Origin: Paramoeba atlantica
Taxonomy: Eukaryota > Protista > Discosea
DNA: 64,000 nt
Reading direction: 5' to 3'
Assembly (NCBI GenBank): GCA_977017575.1
Contig: CDRNVI010000137.1
Location: 62,001 to 126,000, forward strand
Shown: in pieces, positions 1-14,000 of the stretch
Layout: each line of letters starts with the position of its first letter
Position numbering within the stretch: the first letter of the stretch is position 1
Program-made: the position numbers and the translations under genes
The notes under the pieces: model-generated
The model's input: the letters and a program-made list of their open reading frames with translations, nothing else
What the model was told of the DNA's origin: nothing
Databases searched by the model: none

Positions 1-350
1 AATTTCCTAATTTATTTTCTGATTCTGTGATATTTTTAGAACTTATATTTCAGATCTATGATATTTTTTAAGTTGGTTCAATAAAATTTCTTAATTGTTT
101 TTGGTTGATGTATTTGATTTATTTTTTGTTTCATTTTTTTCATATTATTTTTTTGTAATTTCAATTTCTTAATTATGTCTCCATATTGAATGCAATTCCT
201 TAATTTATTTTCTGATTCTCTGATATTTTTAGAACTTATATTTCAGATCTATGATATTTTTTAAGTTGGTTCAATCAAATTTCTTAATTGTTTTGAATTG
301 ATGTATTTAATTTATTTTTTATTTTCTTTTTTTTCACATTAATTTTTTTC
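1..350. repeat. End of AT-rich satellite array (192/194-bp dimer family, same as 61.5-64 kb)
   Basis: Nearly identical to the units at 61741-64000 (tcctaatttattttctgattctgtg...cagatctatg), same orientation; similarity stops near 350. Confidence 0.95.
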
Positions 351-1949
351 TCTTTTTTGAATATTTAAAATCTTATTTTTTTCAAAAATATAAAAATCAA
401 ATTGAGAAAAATATTTTTATTTTTAGCCAAATAAAGAAAATTAGTTTTGTTTCTGAAATTGATTTTAGTTTTTTGTTTGTTTTTGTTGGTTTTTGTTTCA
501 TTGCTTCATTTCACCTAAATTCCTTTTCAAGAATTTATTATCTTCTTTTTTAAAAAAAAAAAAATCTTTTATCTTTTTTGTTAAAGTAATTTCATTGTAA
601 AATTTAAAACTTTTAGTTCATGAATACATTCTTTTTTATGAAACCTTTGAATGAGAAAAGTTGACTCTTTGTTAAACTTTAATTAAGTAATGTTATTGTT
701 TTTATGAAAAATTGATTTTTAATAATTCAAATGAAAAAGAATGAATAAAAACTTTCACAACTATAAGTTGTTTTTTTCAAATTGACTAACAACAAAACAG
801 AAAACTTTTCAAAACCTAGGGTAATCTGCTTTTTGGAGTGAAATCAAAAATATGAAAACACTTTACAAAGATTGAACCTTCTCAAATTGATAAAATTGTT
901 AAGTATGTGTAAAAATGTAATGGAAACCAAGTTTCATTGATTCAAACCACCTTCAAAGATTGGATTAATACCACTTTCTCAAAAGCAATCTTTTTCACCT
1001 GAATTTATTTCTTTGTTTAGAGTGAAAAACAACTTTTTCTTATTGATTCAGAGTCATTTGAGGTAGAGAGGTGCAGTTTGTTTGAGGAAAAGCTGAAACA
1101 AAATACAAAAAAATTGTAAGAAAAGATTGATGCTACTCACTCTCAATTGATCATAAATATTAATGAAACTGATTTTAATTGCAAAAAAGATATTGAAAAA
1201 CTCAAAGTTGTTTTAATATATAATTGCTCTTATATATATTATTCCTCTTGAAATGAATTCTATATCACTTTAATGCTTATAGTTGGTATTATTGGATGGA
1301 GTCTTTCAATTTTTGCAACTATCAAAACAATATTCTTTGTTTTAGACTTAAAGGTGATGTATAATTTCTCAATAAATGAGTAGTATTATGTAATATTATT
1401 TTCATCATCAAATATTAATAATAAGTTATTTTTTTATTAAATTGATAAAATTTTTGTTCTAAAAGTAATTATAAGATGTTGATTTTTAGAGTTCAAAGAT
1501 AATACCAAAACTCTTCTTATCTTAAATAGTTGTTTTGTTTATAGTGTTGCAAATCTTCAAGCCTTAACTTGTAATTTCACAAAGTAATTCATTTAAAACA
1601 TAATTTTTTCTAGTATGGGTTTTGAACATTGTCTTGGTAAGAATTATACAATCTTCAACAATCACAATCTTTTTTATCATTGATCTAATACTTTGTATCT
1701 CTTTTAAGTAGTCTATAAATTCACCAATATTGTTAAAGCTAAGAGAAATGGTTTCAAACCTACCACATATTTCTCTCTCTTTCCTGAAAACTGCAAAATC
1801 TGCACCCCCCAGATAAAGGCCTGTATATCTTGAATCATTATAAAACATTTAAAAGCTTTTGAATTTAAAGCTTTTCTTCTTTTTAGATTCTTTTTTGATT
1901 TGAGTTCTTGGAGGCTAAAGAAGGATTTTATTCTTTCTCAGGATTTTTC

Positions 1950-3850
1950 TAACAATTTTTATAGTAAACTAAACTAATTTAGTTTCTTCTGCACACACTG
2001 TGAGCCACAAACTTAGCAAGGCAGCACTCACCACAGAGGTTTCTTGCCTAGTAAGATACTTTGAAACAAGACCACATACATTTTTAGTTTCTTGCCAATT
2101 GAGTACTTTCAGCAAAATACATTTCCTTCCTTTTGCTTGAAGAAAACCCTCAACCACAAAGCATTTTTCCAGTAGATGAGATTATGACTCCTTTTCTCAG
2201 TGGCAGAGGCAACAACTTGAATCTTGGTTTGAAAAGTGAGACAACTTGTTTCTTGTAGATAGTTCTTTTATTAGAAATTTAAGTAAATTCTTCTTAAACT
2301 GAGGTTTAATTGCATGAACCAAGTTGTACACCATATACTCAGCTCTTCTTTTCCCCACATACAAGTCTTTGATTTCAATTGAAATCATTTGAGACATATT
2401 GGTATATGTAACACAAGTGGCCTGGCCAAACACAACTTTGGAAGAAAGGCTTTGGGCTGCAATGAAAGCATCCTTCCACATGGCTTCAATGGAGAGAGGA
2501 TTCTAATAATCACTCTTCATTGGTGGACAAGAGGTGAAAAGAGCCCAATTAAAACCAATAGGGTGATGTAGTTGAGGATTTGAGTCCAAAGAGGATAGCA
2601 TAAAGTAAGAACAGAGGTTTTAGTGATAGCATAGGCACCCAGGGCTGAGCAAATGGATTTCCACATCAAAGAGGTGATAGATTTTAGGATCAACTTGAAT
2701 CTCACTAAGTATTCCATACATGGAGTTAGATAGATATTGACCATCCTCACTCTTGAGTAAAAATTCCCACCTCTCTTTTTAATTGCTGTTCCAACTTTCT
2801 TCATCTTTTGGACCACCTTCTCTCAATCTTTGAGAGAAGATAACCATTTATTCAATCTCACTCCCAGTTTCATTACCACAGTAATTGAGTTTTGCCATCT
2901 CAGACCAGGGGCCTACTGGTTTGTAAGACTCAGTTGAGAGAACAAAGCACTTATTAAAGTTCAGTTTAGCTTCAGTTGCTTCTTTATATTTCTTAAAGGT
3001 TGGAGTGAGAGAATTGATGGTTTCAACTCTCTGAAGCACTATCCCCAAATCATCCATAAAGCCTGACAGATCTTGGAGGTTGTGTTTCTTCTTCAAACTC
3101 ACAAGGAGGATGTCAAACACAATCACAAACAATAGAAGGGAGATTGGGCATCCTTGTCTAACTCCTGTCCAGCTTTGGATTGATTCTTTGGTGCCTGCCC
3201 TTTTGGATTCACTAATATTTAGCAGCCAGGTTACATATTCACAAAGGACTTTCTCAACAATATAGATTGCTTGAGGGGGGCATTCAGACTTTTGAGAATA
3301 TGAAGGAGTGCATCACAATTCACATAATCATATGCCTTGCAAAAGTCTGTTTGGAGGAGAGTCACATCTTTTCCCTCTGCCAAAGCTTTGTAAAAAGAGT
3401 TATATACTGATTCTACTGCTTCATTAATTGATCTCCTGAAAATTCATAATTTCACCTGCTTGTTGAATTAATTTTACTCACATATCAAAGTACTTCTCTT
3501 GTGTTGCCTTATACAAAAAGAAGGGAATACCATCAGGTCCTGTGCTGGTGTTGTTGGTTCTCTGAAGTAGTTTATCAACTTTCTTCCTATCCACATCATG
3601 TTTCTCAACTGGAGGGAAATGAGGTTGGTGGTCAGCAATCAGTTCATCAAGAGAATCTTTGTTATATGGTCTTTCTGTGCTGAGAAAACCCTCTCAAAAA
3701 TCCTTAATTGCTTTTTTAACCACATTATCATTATGAGAGATCACCCCATCCATGATTACATGTTGTTTTTAACAAAAAGATGAAGACCATCTTTGCTTCA
3801 AGTTAACAGCTCTGTCAGGTCTGTTTGAATGAGTGTATAGTGGTATGGTT
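1950..3850 (-). mobile_element. Decayed LINE (L1/Tx1-like) reverse transcriptase region
   Basis: Minus-strand fragments carry the RT motifs STGPDGIPFF, DFCKAYDY, GVRQGCPISLLLFVIVFDIL and GFMDDLGIVL..KYKEATEAKLNFNKC; many stops and frameshifts. Confidence 0.85.
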
Positions 3851-3899
3851 CTACAAATTGACTTCTAGTTGAATGTTTGTTCAAAAAGAAACCATATTT

Positions 3900-4065
3900 T
3901 TTTGGAAATGAACATCATATAATTGGTTGAAGGGAGACTAGAGTGATATTTTTTCTTGAAATTGTCAAGGGAAAGTTCCATCCTCTTGAAATTCCTGAAA
4001 TGGGCTTGTTTAAGTTTCAACCTCTATCAGGTTTTGGAGTGAAAACTGTTGGTTTAATGCTTTAC
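3900..4065 (+). mobile_element. Short piggyBac-like transposase fragment
   Basis: IFFLEIVKGKFHP..EMGLFKFQPLSGFGVKTVGLML is a diverged copy of ILFLEIVEGKSHPPEMGLPKFQPPSGSGAKTVGLML in ORF 7442..8014. Confidence 0.8.
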
Positions 4066-4109
4066 ATGAGAGTGAGCTTAAGCTGCACTTGCAATCATAG
4101 TGTTTTTAA

Positions 4110-4410
4110 GATTGAAGTGACTTCAAATATTTCTTTTGAGCTTTTAAAAAAAAATCTGATGTTATATCCATATGTTCACTCTTGTGGTCTCTTTTCTAAT
4201 TTGTTTGTTTTTTGGTTGAATGAAGATGGTAAAGGTTGAAGAAATGGAACAAAAAAGAAAAAGAAAAAGGAAAAAAAGTGTGTGTTTATTATTCTTTTGA
4301 TGATTAAATTGTTTGATTTGAAAGAAAAGGTTATGCATAGAAGTTGAAGGTGATGATGTTGTGAAAGGGAAAAAAAGAACCTGTTTTGTCAATTGATCCA
4401 AACAGAAACT
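4110..4410 (+). repeat. Dispersed ~300-bp repeat, second copy at ~31265-31560
   Basis: Shared gtgacttca.atatt.cttttgagc..aaaaaaaatctgatgt..gttcactcttgtggtct..ttggttgaatga.gatggt.aaggttgaagaaa. Confidence 0.85.
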
Positions 4411-5339
4411 CTTTCACTAGAGACTCCCATTCCTGGATGTATTCTCAGTGATCTTGACTTGACACTGATTGTTTGAAGAAACTCTGATTCAAGTTCTTCT
4501 TCTTCTTCTTCTTTATTGTCTGGGTCAATGCAACCTGATGTAAGCTCATGAAGAAAACACTGATCACAGTAGTCTTCAGTGTCTTTGGCTGAACATTGGA
4601 AAACTTTTGAAAGTGAAAGGAATTGGCCAAAGACACAACACTTGGTCCTCCCTCATCTCAACTTATGGCAACATATAGCTTTTGAAATGTTCTCAAGTAA
4701 TTGCATGAACCTGGTCCAGTGGTTTGCTCAATCTGACCAAACCCCTCCACCACCCAAAAGGAAAAGAGAAGAGGAAATTGACCTCCAAGCAGCAAAGAAG
4801 CAAATGCTGACACAACTCAATGAAATGATTGAGAATTGTAAGGACCTTAATGAACTCAAAAGAAAATTGGACAAACAAAAATGATCCAACTGTTACTGTT
4901 CATCATAAGTAAGATAACAGTTTCACTCTCATCATTGGAGATCTGGAAAGAGATTTATTTTGAAACTTTGCTCCCCTGCTCAAACCAAACAAGAATTATC
5001 AGAAAACATGAGTCAACTTGCTTCCTCAACAAACAGTCATCATTTTGGGTCTGAGGTGTTGCATGGGTCAACTTGTTCTCCAGTGTACACTCCAAGAGCC
5101 CACATCACTCAAGGCTTCAGCATTGGCCAAAACACTGAGTATGCAATTGATAGGTCAACTTTGTATAAGACATTTATTAATGCATCAATGGGTCAACTTT
5201 CAATTTCAGTTTCAAACACCAGGCCACTTGAGTGGTGATGCTCTCACTGAACCTTATCTGGAATGGAGGAAAATGTTGAGTGCACACACCCATGCCAAAA
5301 CCAAATGTAGGGCACAAAAGAGTCACCCAAAAGATTAAT

Positions 5340-6600
5340 GCTTTATCTGAGCAAGACTTAGTTTGAATAACTGATGAACAAACTCCTAAGAAGAGGGGTA
5401 AGGACAAGCAGAGATATTGGAGAGGAAACAAAGCAATAGACCTGAATTGAACAAATGGCTGATTCATTTTGTAAACAAATGAGAAATCTTCTCTTGAATG
5501 GAATATTACCAGAATCAAAAATAGAAGCAAAGAATAATCAATTTTGAATTTCCAATCCTGTGTCCACAAGTTCATCTTGTATGATCTGACATCTTTAAAG
5601 TAAATTAAAAACCAAAGGAGAAGAAGGCAAAGAAGAAAGAAGGGGTAAGACAAGAGTGGATGAGGGGCAAAATGGGGCACACAGGAGATGGACAAAAAGC
5701 ACACACATCATCAGAAGGAATGCAATATCTCAAAAGATACCCTTGATCGAAGAATCTGAGCACTTTTTGCACCTAAAAAGCACTCTTGTACCTCATCATT
5801 GTAGTCACCATGATCAAATTCATGCAACATGGTGTGGAAGACCAGCTTGTGGAATTAATGAGGGGAATAGGGAGAAATGGAGAAAGAGAATTTAGGACTT
5901 GAGAAAGAAATAAAAGAGAGAGAGAGACACATGAGAATGGAAAGGATGAGAAAGTGAAATTTGATTTAGGAGAAATCTTCAATCCTATCAACAAGAACAG
6001 AAGAAAATGATTCTCTAACACCAACTTTAGGAAATCCAAGGATCTTGAGAGGTGGACATTATCAAATAAGGAGGTTCAAGGAGATTTCAAAGAAAGTGAT
6101 GAAGAAATATAAACCCAAGAGGAGCAGACTAGTAATGCCAATCAGCTCAGTTGGCCAAAAGGATGAATATTTCCCCCCTTGATAAGGGTCACTGAGATCC
6201 TCAGGGGATGCAAGGCGGGGTCTGAATATTGAGACCTTTTGTCAAGCCACCTTTTGGGCAGTTAAGAGGAAGCAGCCAAGAACCTATTTGAATGTTGAAT
6301 TGGCCCAATTGGTTCAGATTGCAATCAGAAAGAAAAGAAGATGGAAGATTGAGATCAAGATAAATAAGGGGGGGGGTTTTGGAGTTGGCTTGAGAAACTC
6401 TACTCCAAAAGGGGAAGAGACCAAAACCAAGGATAATCAAGAAGGATAAACAATGGAAAAGAAGGCCAGAGAAAGTACTCAAGAAGTATGCAAAGGAATA
6501 GGACAAAGAGGAGACTTCACCAACAGCAGCATCTCCACCCTTTTTGTACCAAAGAGAAAGATTGATCTGAAATATGTGAACCACACAGCACAAAAACTGT
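5340..6600 (-). pseudogene. Possible decayed AP-endonuclease region of the LINE
   Basis: Minus-strand HEFDHGDYN resembles the APE GDFN motif and lies upstream of the RT remnant on the same strand; otherwise heavily degraded. Confidence 0.3.
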
Positions 6601-6719
6601 GAGACTCTGGGAAAAATGTTTCACCATCTTCCAAAAGAAAAGAAAAAACCAGAAAAAAAGAAAAAACCAGAAAAACCAGAAAAAAAACAAATAAAATTGT
6701 TAAACTCTCCAGAAAATTG

Positions 6720-9220
6720 GGTTCCTTCCAGGCCAAAAGACTAATTAGGCCTCTATTTTTGACTCTTTTTTTGAAGCCACTGGTGGGTGGAGGGGAGATT
6801 TTTTTTGATAAACTTTTTAATAAAGATCTTTTAAACAAGAATATCAAGAAATATTTGTCCAAATATTGTTTTTTGAAAAAAAAAATTGAGTCACTAAAAA
6901 AAAAAAAACATCATTTTTCAAAAGGACTAATTAGTCCTCAGTCATGTGCCTGCTCATATGGTCAGCAAAGCAACCTGAACAAAAAATGAGTGTTTGATCA
7001 CAGGAGCAATAGGTTTGAACTTTCTTTGTACAATTTGTCCCATTGCATCCTACTCTTCTGGTACTCTTGTCTGGCTTCAGTCCAATTACCATTTCACCAA
7101 ACTCCAGCAAAGTTGGGCTTGATCATCAGATGATGTTCTACATGAGTTGGGAGTGGTATTCGCAGGTTATAGCTTTCATCCAAGGGATGATTCTGAGAGA
7201 GTAGACCTTGGGCAACCTCAAAACGAAATTCTGCAAAGGAGAGCTCTTTGGCTTGGGGGAAAAAGTGCTGAAATATGAGGAAGGCATTGACTTCCACAAC
7301 TACAAGAATGAAAGCAAACTGCCTGTGGACCCATTTTTTGGTCTTCCAGGAACTCTCCAAGGAGAGAGAACCTTGCCTCAGTTGGTTGTGATCATCCACA
7401 CAATGCCTGGTTTGATAGTAAAAGTCAAGAGGCTGAGTATATCACAGGGAGAGTCTTTGGCCTTCAAGCTTGCAATTTTGTAGGCAACCAGTGGGAAAAG
7501 AAGTTCCCCAGGTATTAATCATTATAGAAGAGTGATGAACATCTTGGAAAGCCTCCACATAGAATTTATAACCTCTCAGAGATCCTTTCTTCACTTTCAC
7601 ACATAACCAGGTTCCTTCTCCTTGAGGTGTGCAACAATCTCTTTCCCTGGAATTCCTTTGGGCCAATATCATTTTTTCTTCACAACTGAAGTACAATACA
7701 ATCCCTTCTCCAAGAAGTTGAATACAACCTTCCAACACACAAAAACCACTATCCAAAGCAACTACTCGACCAGTTCCCCAAATTCCCTCAGTCATTCTAA
7801 GCATTAAACCAACAGTTTTCGCTCCAGAACCAGATGGAGGTTGAAACTTGGGCAGGCCCATTTCAGGAGGATGGGACTTTCCTTCCACAATTTCAAGAAA
7901 GAGTATCACTTTAGTCTCCCCACAACCAATTGTATGATATTCATTTCCAAAAGGATGAGGTTTCCTCTGAACAAACATCCAACCAGGAGCCCATTTACAG
8001 AACCACACCACCATAGACTCATCTAGACAGACCTGTCAACTTGGAACAAAGATGGTCTTCATCTTCTCATTAAAAGCAGCAATCAGGGGTCGAATTTCCC
8101 ACATACAGTCTGTGTAAGAGGGTTTTGCAGAGAGAGGAGCAAGTTTAAGAGAGGAGACAATCATATCAAACCAATTTCTACTGATATATTTCCTAAGATA
8201 AGGCAGTGTACCATGCAAGGAAGATCCAGCTGAATCCTTTGAAATTCGAAAAAAATCCCTTCTTTTATGTCCTGGGTAGAAAGACATAATCTGGCACAAG
8301 GCAATAAAATCAAGCATTTCAGCTTCAGTGAAGTTCAAAGAATGGTTAAACTCATTTGTTGCTTTCAGCACATCAGTTTTTAGAAAGGTTAGAGGTAGAA
8401 CTTGGAGAAAAATATCGAGGGGAGTGGGGACATAAACAGCATCAAAGCAAATTCTTGTACAGGCCTTGAAGTCTTGTGCTCCTATCACAGCACAAGCATC
8501 AGTTGTTGAGGAAGACCACTCAGAAACACAAAGGAAAGATCATTTTCAACGAGTTCTGCTGCATTGTCTTCCCCTTCCTCCTCAATATCAGAGCAAGATT
8601 CAGTATCTTCATCATCAGTATCAGATGAGCCCAAAACAGGCACAGAGGTTGTTGATGCCTGGGATGAACCAGAACTTGATCCTCCTGAGCCAGAAGAGGA
8701 TGATGAAGATGAAGATGGATGAGTTGAAGTCCCACAACCCTCTGAGACATCTGCTTCTCCAACAAACTTCAAATTTTCAGGGAGAGCCAGAAGGTAATCA
8801 TTCTGAAAGACAGGAGAATGAAGCAAAACTACCATCTGAGATTTCCTGTCATATTTCTGAAGTTCCACCCTTTTCACCCTGAGTGAAGAGAGAGATGCTC
8901 CTTGATATTGGTCACCAAAATGTTTCCTTAGAAGATGAGAAGGGCAAAGGTTCACAGCTTTGCAGAACCAAATAGTATCCTCCTTCAATTCTTCAATTCT
9001 TGGAGAAGTTGATCTAGAACTCATTTTTCTCACCACTGTAACTTTTTTCATTCAGACTTTCTGAGAAAGGCATTGTGATGAAAATCAAGAAAAAACCTCA
9101 AAGAAACACAAAAGAAAGTAAAAAAAAAAAAAAAAAGTTCAAAAATGTGCTTTATTTTGGCCAACAAACAGGAGCCTAATTAGGCCCAAAAAGACTAATT
9201 AGGCCCCCCTGGAAAGAACC
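6720..9220 (-). mobile_element. piggyBac-like DNA transposon (DDE_Tnp_1_7-type transposase, disrupted; ORF ~9051->6931)
   Basis: Fragments WEIRPLIAAFNEKMK, WMFVQRKPHPFGNEYHTIGCG, RVVALDSGFC, and C-terminal Cys-rich CNGTNCTKKVQTYCSCDQTLIFCSGCFADH; acidic/Ser-rich N-terminus; 13-bp imperfect TIR GGTTC(C/T)TTCCAGG at 6720-6732 and 9208-9220. Confidence 0.8.
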
Positions 9221-10208
9221 TGATATAATATTGTTAACCAAAATAAACCTGATCAAATTGTGCAATATCTTGATGCAATAAATGAGGAAATATATATATA
9301 TTTGTTCTCATTCTCACTTCTAATCTAAGAGAAGGAAAGAAAAGATTGAAGAAGAGATAAAAAAAAATGAAAAAATTCACTATGTGAGAATTGAACCTGT
9401 TAGATGAATAGATGGTTCTTGCCCTTCTCCTTATTCTCTTGAGGTTTGAAAAAGAAGTTTTTCAATCCCCCTCCTTTGAAACAAAAATAGAAGACATTAT
9501 TTGAAAAATAACTTTCTTCAAAAGAACAATGAACCCCCAGAATTTTCATACTCTCTGGGTGCTAATTTGAAAATTTGTACCCAGAGAGAGTATAAGTCTT
9601 CTTGCTTGAGGTCATTTGAGTTTTGCTTGTATTGCCACTGAACAAGGAAAGAACTGAAATAGTTACTTCTTCAAAAAAGATCAAAAGAAATGAGTTCTCT
9701 GTTCAAAAAAAAAATGTGAAAAAGGAGGTGAAAAGAAAAGATAAAGAAGATAAAAACTAATAAGAAAAAGAAAGAAAAAAGAACCTTGTGTCCTTACCTC
9801 TCACAGTTTAATAGATGGTCTCCCTGATCCAGTGTCCCCTCAAGGTAAAATGATTCCCATTTCTCTCAAAGTTCTTGTTTCTCAAAAGACAAAAGGAATG
9901 CCAAATCAAAGAAAGGTCCCAACATTGAACTGGGGTGAGTCATAAAATAATTAAAGAAATAATTGATATTCTCAAGGGTCCACCAAGTCTAATCCTCTTA
10001 AATAACATCAAAGAAATAATAGTGTTGTTTGAACAATATCAAAAGAACTATTTAACTTGTTCATATAAAACTCCTTACAATTCATTCAATTTGTTTTGCC
10101 TTTCTCAATCTTGGATATTAATCACAAGCACAAAGTGGAGATATTATCATCACAACAAGACACTCCCTCAACAGGTATTCAACAAAACCAAATAACTAGA
10201 ACCCAAAT

Positions 10209-10427
10209 TGTTGGAGGTGAAACAGGGAAAATGATAAAACTGATGTAAGGCACGAGGGTTTAGAGAGGAAAATGAGAATAAACTTTATTTGTGACAAACA
10301 AGGTTGCACAAACAAGTGACAATGGAATAGGTGGTTGCATTGCAATGTTTCAGGAGGATGCAACAATGTCTGGACAACTTCAATGAAACCAGATTTATCT
10401 TAATAAGGTTAGAAGTTGCATCCAACA
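10209..10427 (-). repeat. copia 3' LTR
   Basis: 219 bp, tgttgg...ccaaca; 8 mismatches to the other LTR. Confidence 0.95.
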
Positions 10428-10450
10428 CTCTCCTCCATCCAATGAATACT

Positions 10451-13400
10451 TCAATGCAATCCGGAAAAACAAACATTCATGTGTCTCTCATGCAGGATTC
10501 TCTCGAGAGGCTTGGTCATCACGTCTGCATGTTGTACAGAGGAACAGTGATAAACAAGAGAAATGGTCTTATTTTCAATCAACTCTCGAATAAAATGCAG
10601 TTTAATATCAATGTGCTTGGTTCTTGACTTGATCATCAGGTTGTTTGCAATGTCAATAGCTTGTTGATTGTCCTCATAAATTAAAATAGGGGTTTTAACC
10701 ATCAAACCCAGAGTCTCCAACAATTGTTTCAGATACATAATCTCTTTTGTAACCTCAGCTAATGCATAATATTCAGCATCAGTTGATGAGAGTTTCACAG
10801 AAGGGGTTGTCTTGGAACACCAGGAAATCAGATTGGAGCATAAGAAAACCAAATAGCCATAGGTGGAGCAACAGTCATATTGATCAGCAAAGGCAGCATC
10901 ACAAAACACACTCAAATCGACAGTCATCAATTTGGGGTCAAAACCAGCAGGGTGGACAAATTTGATTTCCTCATTAGGGCATCCATTCAGATAAGAAATA
11001 AGGTGACAAATAGTGTTCTCAAGTTCTTTGGAGGGACAGGTTTGGAACTTGCAGATCTGGCCAACAGCATATGAGATATCTGGTCAGGTGTTGGAGGCAT
11101 ACAAGAACTTCCCATTGATCGTGGGGATAGCTATCAGGGCACAATCTTATTTTTGGGTCAGCAGGGGTCTTGTAGTGGATTCAAACCAGGTGATTGTATT
11201 CTTGACAGATCAACTTCACATAATCAGATTGGTCCAAAGAAACTTGAAAGAGCTCATCTTGCTTGATCTGCATTCCAATCAACCAATCAACTGTGTCAAA
11301 GTATTTTAGATCATATTTTCCACACATGTATTCCATGAAGCGCTCGTGCAATTTTATGCAGGTGGAAAACCAGGTCAAGTCATCTACAATAGCAACCAAA
11401 AACATAATTCCATTTGATTCAGCAATCATGAACAGACAAAGATCAACATCGTTCCAAATGAAGCCAAAAGCCAATAGGGACTCAACCAAATGATTGTACC
11501 AGTTTCAACCAGCAGGGGGGTATCCATAAATTCCCTTCAACATCAGCCACACAAAATCATTTCCTTTCTCAACAAAACCAGGGGGTTGACTTATATAAAC
11601 AGGTTTCGTGTCAGGATCAACATCAGCACAAACATATGCTGAGGGTACATCACCACCGTGGAGCTTACATCCAAATAGGGCAGCCAAACACAGAATGGTT
11701 CTCAGAGTGGAGGAGCGGGCAACAGGGGAATACACCTCATTGATGGAGTCTGGAATAAATGAAGAGCCATTGACACAGTATTGTGACTTGAAGGAAGTAA
11801 CCTTTCCATGTTGTGTTTTGATGCGATATCTCCACAAACCAGGTAAAATTACCGCATTCGAATAATCGATTTGGTTCTTGTGGACAAGGACAAAAGCTTT
11901 CCTTTTCATGAGGGCATCGCACTCTCTCTTCATTGATTCAAGCCATTCACGCTTCTCTTGGGAGGCAATAGCACCTTTGAAAGTTTTCAGGGTCAATGCA
12001 GTTGAGATGTCTTCCTCAGCCATGAGAGCAGCTGTCATTGAGATTTCAAAATCATCCCATTGTTTCTTCTTCCTTTCTCGAGCAGATCTTCTGGGTTCAG
12101 AGGGAGTTTGGGTCAGACTGGGTACAGGTGGGGTAATATCTCGGTCATGTGCACCAGATTCATAGAAACCATCTGAATATTCAAAGTTTTCAGGGCCATG
12201 GATCAATTCCTCCCCTCCATTTTGGGATTCCTCCTCACAAGGTGTCTCTTCCTCAAGTTCCTCAAATGAGATAGGTTCAGAAGATGGTTGCAGTCCGAAA
12301 AGGTCAATAGGAGGAGCAGAAGATCCACCAATATACTTCTGGTAGAGAGATTGGACACCAAAGGCAGTCTTGTCAAAAACCACATTAGCAGACTCAAAAA
12401 ATTTCTTCACAATTGGGTCCCACATGCGGTAAGCAGCCATATTGGGGGCAGGTCACACATAAATTCTGAATCGAACTTTGGGCTTCAATTTCTTCTGTTG
12501 TTCCTCAGGTAGCAAAGAGAAAGCATAGCAGCCAAAGGCTCTGAAGTACATCCAGTCAGGTCAGGTTTTGAAGAGAGCTTCCATTGGTGAGATCTTTGCA
12601 TCGCCATGGACAGTAGATTGGTAATACAAATCAAAGAATTCAGCTGCTTCAGGCCAGAAGAAGTCAGGACAGCGACCAGAATGGAGGTTGGATCTGATTC
12701 CCTCTTGAGAGGTATGGTTGTATCTCTCAGCAATTGCGTTTTGTTCATGCTCAGAACGTGCAGACCATTGAAGATGGATCCCTTTCTCTTTACAAAATTT
12801 CAAAAGTTTTCCATGCTTGCCAATGAACTCTCCAGCACCATCACATTGGATAATCTTCACACAAGTGTCGCATTGTTGTTCCAATTTCACGACAGCAACA
12901 ATAATATCATCAGCAGCATCATTCTTCAGCTTCAAAGACGAACAGAGAAGATGATGAGATTTGTGTTCAATGATTGTCAACCGGTACTTGAAGCCACCAA
13001 TTCCCACAACATTCAAATACAAAATGTCAATGTGAATAAATTCTCCATAATTGAAATCATGCCGTGGTTCGATCTTGATATGTGGAGAGCGAGAAAGCTT
13101 CCCAGAAACACATCCCAATACACAATCAGTTTTGTCATTGTGGAGCACTCGAGGTAAATTGCGGCCAACTTGAAGCTCAACAGTCCATTTAATTGAACTA
13201 ATGTGTCCAGCCTGTAGGTGCCAAATCAAGAAAGATTCGCGGTGTTGGGGATGGAGCTCACGGTTGCAATGCTTCTTCTTTCCAAGCAGAGCAGTACCAG
13301 GTGATGGGAGTTGGTAAGAGAGGTAGTAGAGGCCATTATTTCATGTTCCAGTTGCAATGACTTCAATCCCAGCCAAATCAGATATATTTCCTTTACAAAT

Positions 13401-13952
13401 TAGGACTCGATCTGAATCAAAAAGCATGAACGCATCCAAATCATCACATGTTGAAGAAACAGAGAGAAGATCATGGGAGAGGTTTGGAACAAACAAAACT
13501 TGACTTAAACTTAAGTCTCTTCCATCTGTGAGGATTGAACCAGTTCCGCGTTTCTCAACAGGTAAAGCAGAGCCGTTTGCTTGGGTTATTGATCCACCAG
13601 GGCCAGCAGCGTTATGTTGGATCATGTTAGGGTTGTTTGTGAGGGTAGGAAAAGCGCCAGAATCAACAATCATGTGGTGGGAACCATCAGCAGCATGAAG
13701 AGCAACAGAGTCATCAGTGACATCCAAAAAACAGAATCCATCCGTAGGTTCATTATAGTGCTCATCAGTTTGTTGCTCATCAAGAAGAAGATCTTGGACA
13801 AACTCGAGGAACTCCTCAGTGGAAGGTTTGGTGTAGAAGGCCATTTTGCAGACGCCAGTCATTGCAAATTGTGCGAGAAATGCTTCACCAACAGAGGTCT
13901 GGGGCTTTCCTTGCTTCTTTCTTTGACATTCATCCTTCCAGTGACCAGTCAC
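10451..13952 (-). pseudogene. copia pol fragments (protease, integrase, RT, RNase H)
   Basis: ORFs 13341..13952 (MIVDSGAF), 12561..13229 (WHLQAGH, IHIDIL, IQCDGAGEF, QNAIAERYN), 11505..12440, 11181..11489 (AIVDD), 10451..10930 (VKLSSTDAEYYAL, RTKHIDIKLHFIRE). Confidence 0.93.
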
Positions 13953-14000
13953 CCCACACCAATGGCAATGACCTTGACAAACAGTTGAACCATCAGGACG

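Noticed and set aside
1564-1848. 94-aa ORF in AT-rich region
   Set aside because: No recognisable motif; cannot be supported as a gene.
9780-9855. U1 snRNA-like sequence on the minus strand (ttttaccttgagggg..gatcagggag)
   Set aside because: The 5' ACTTACCTG is imperfect and I found no convincing Sm site or further stems; needs an Infernal search.
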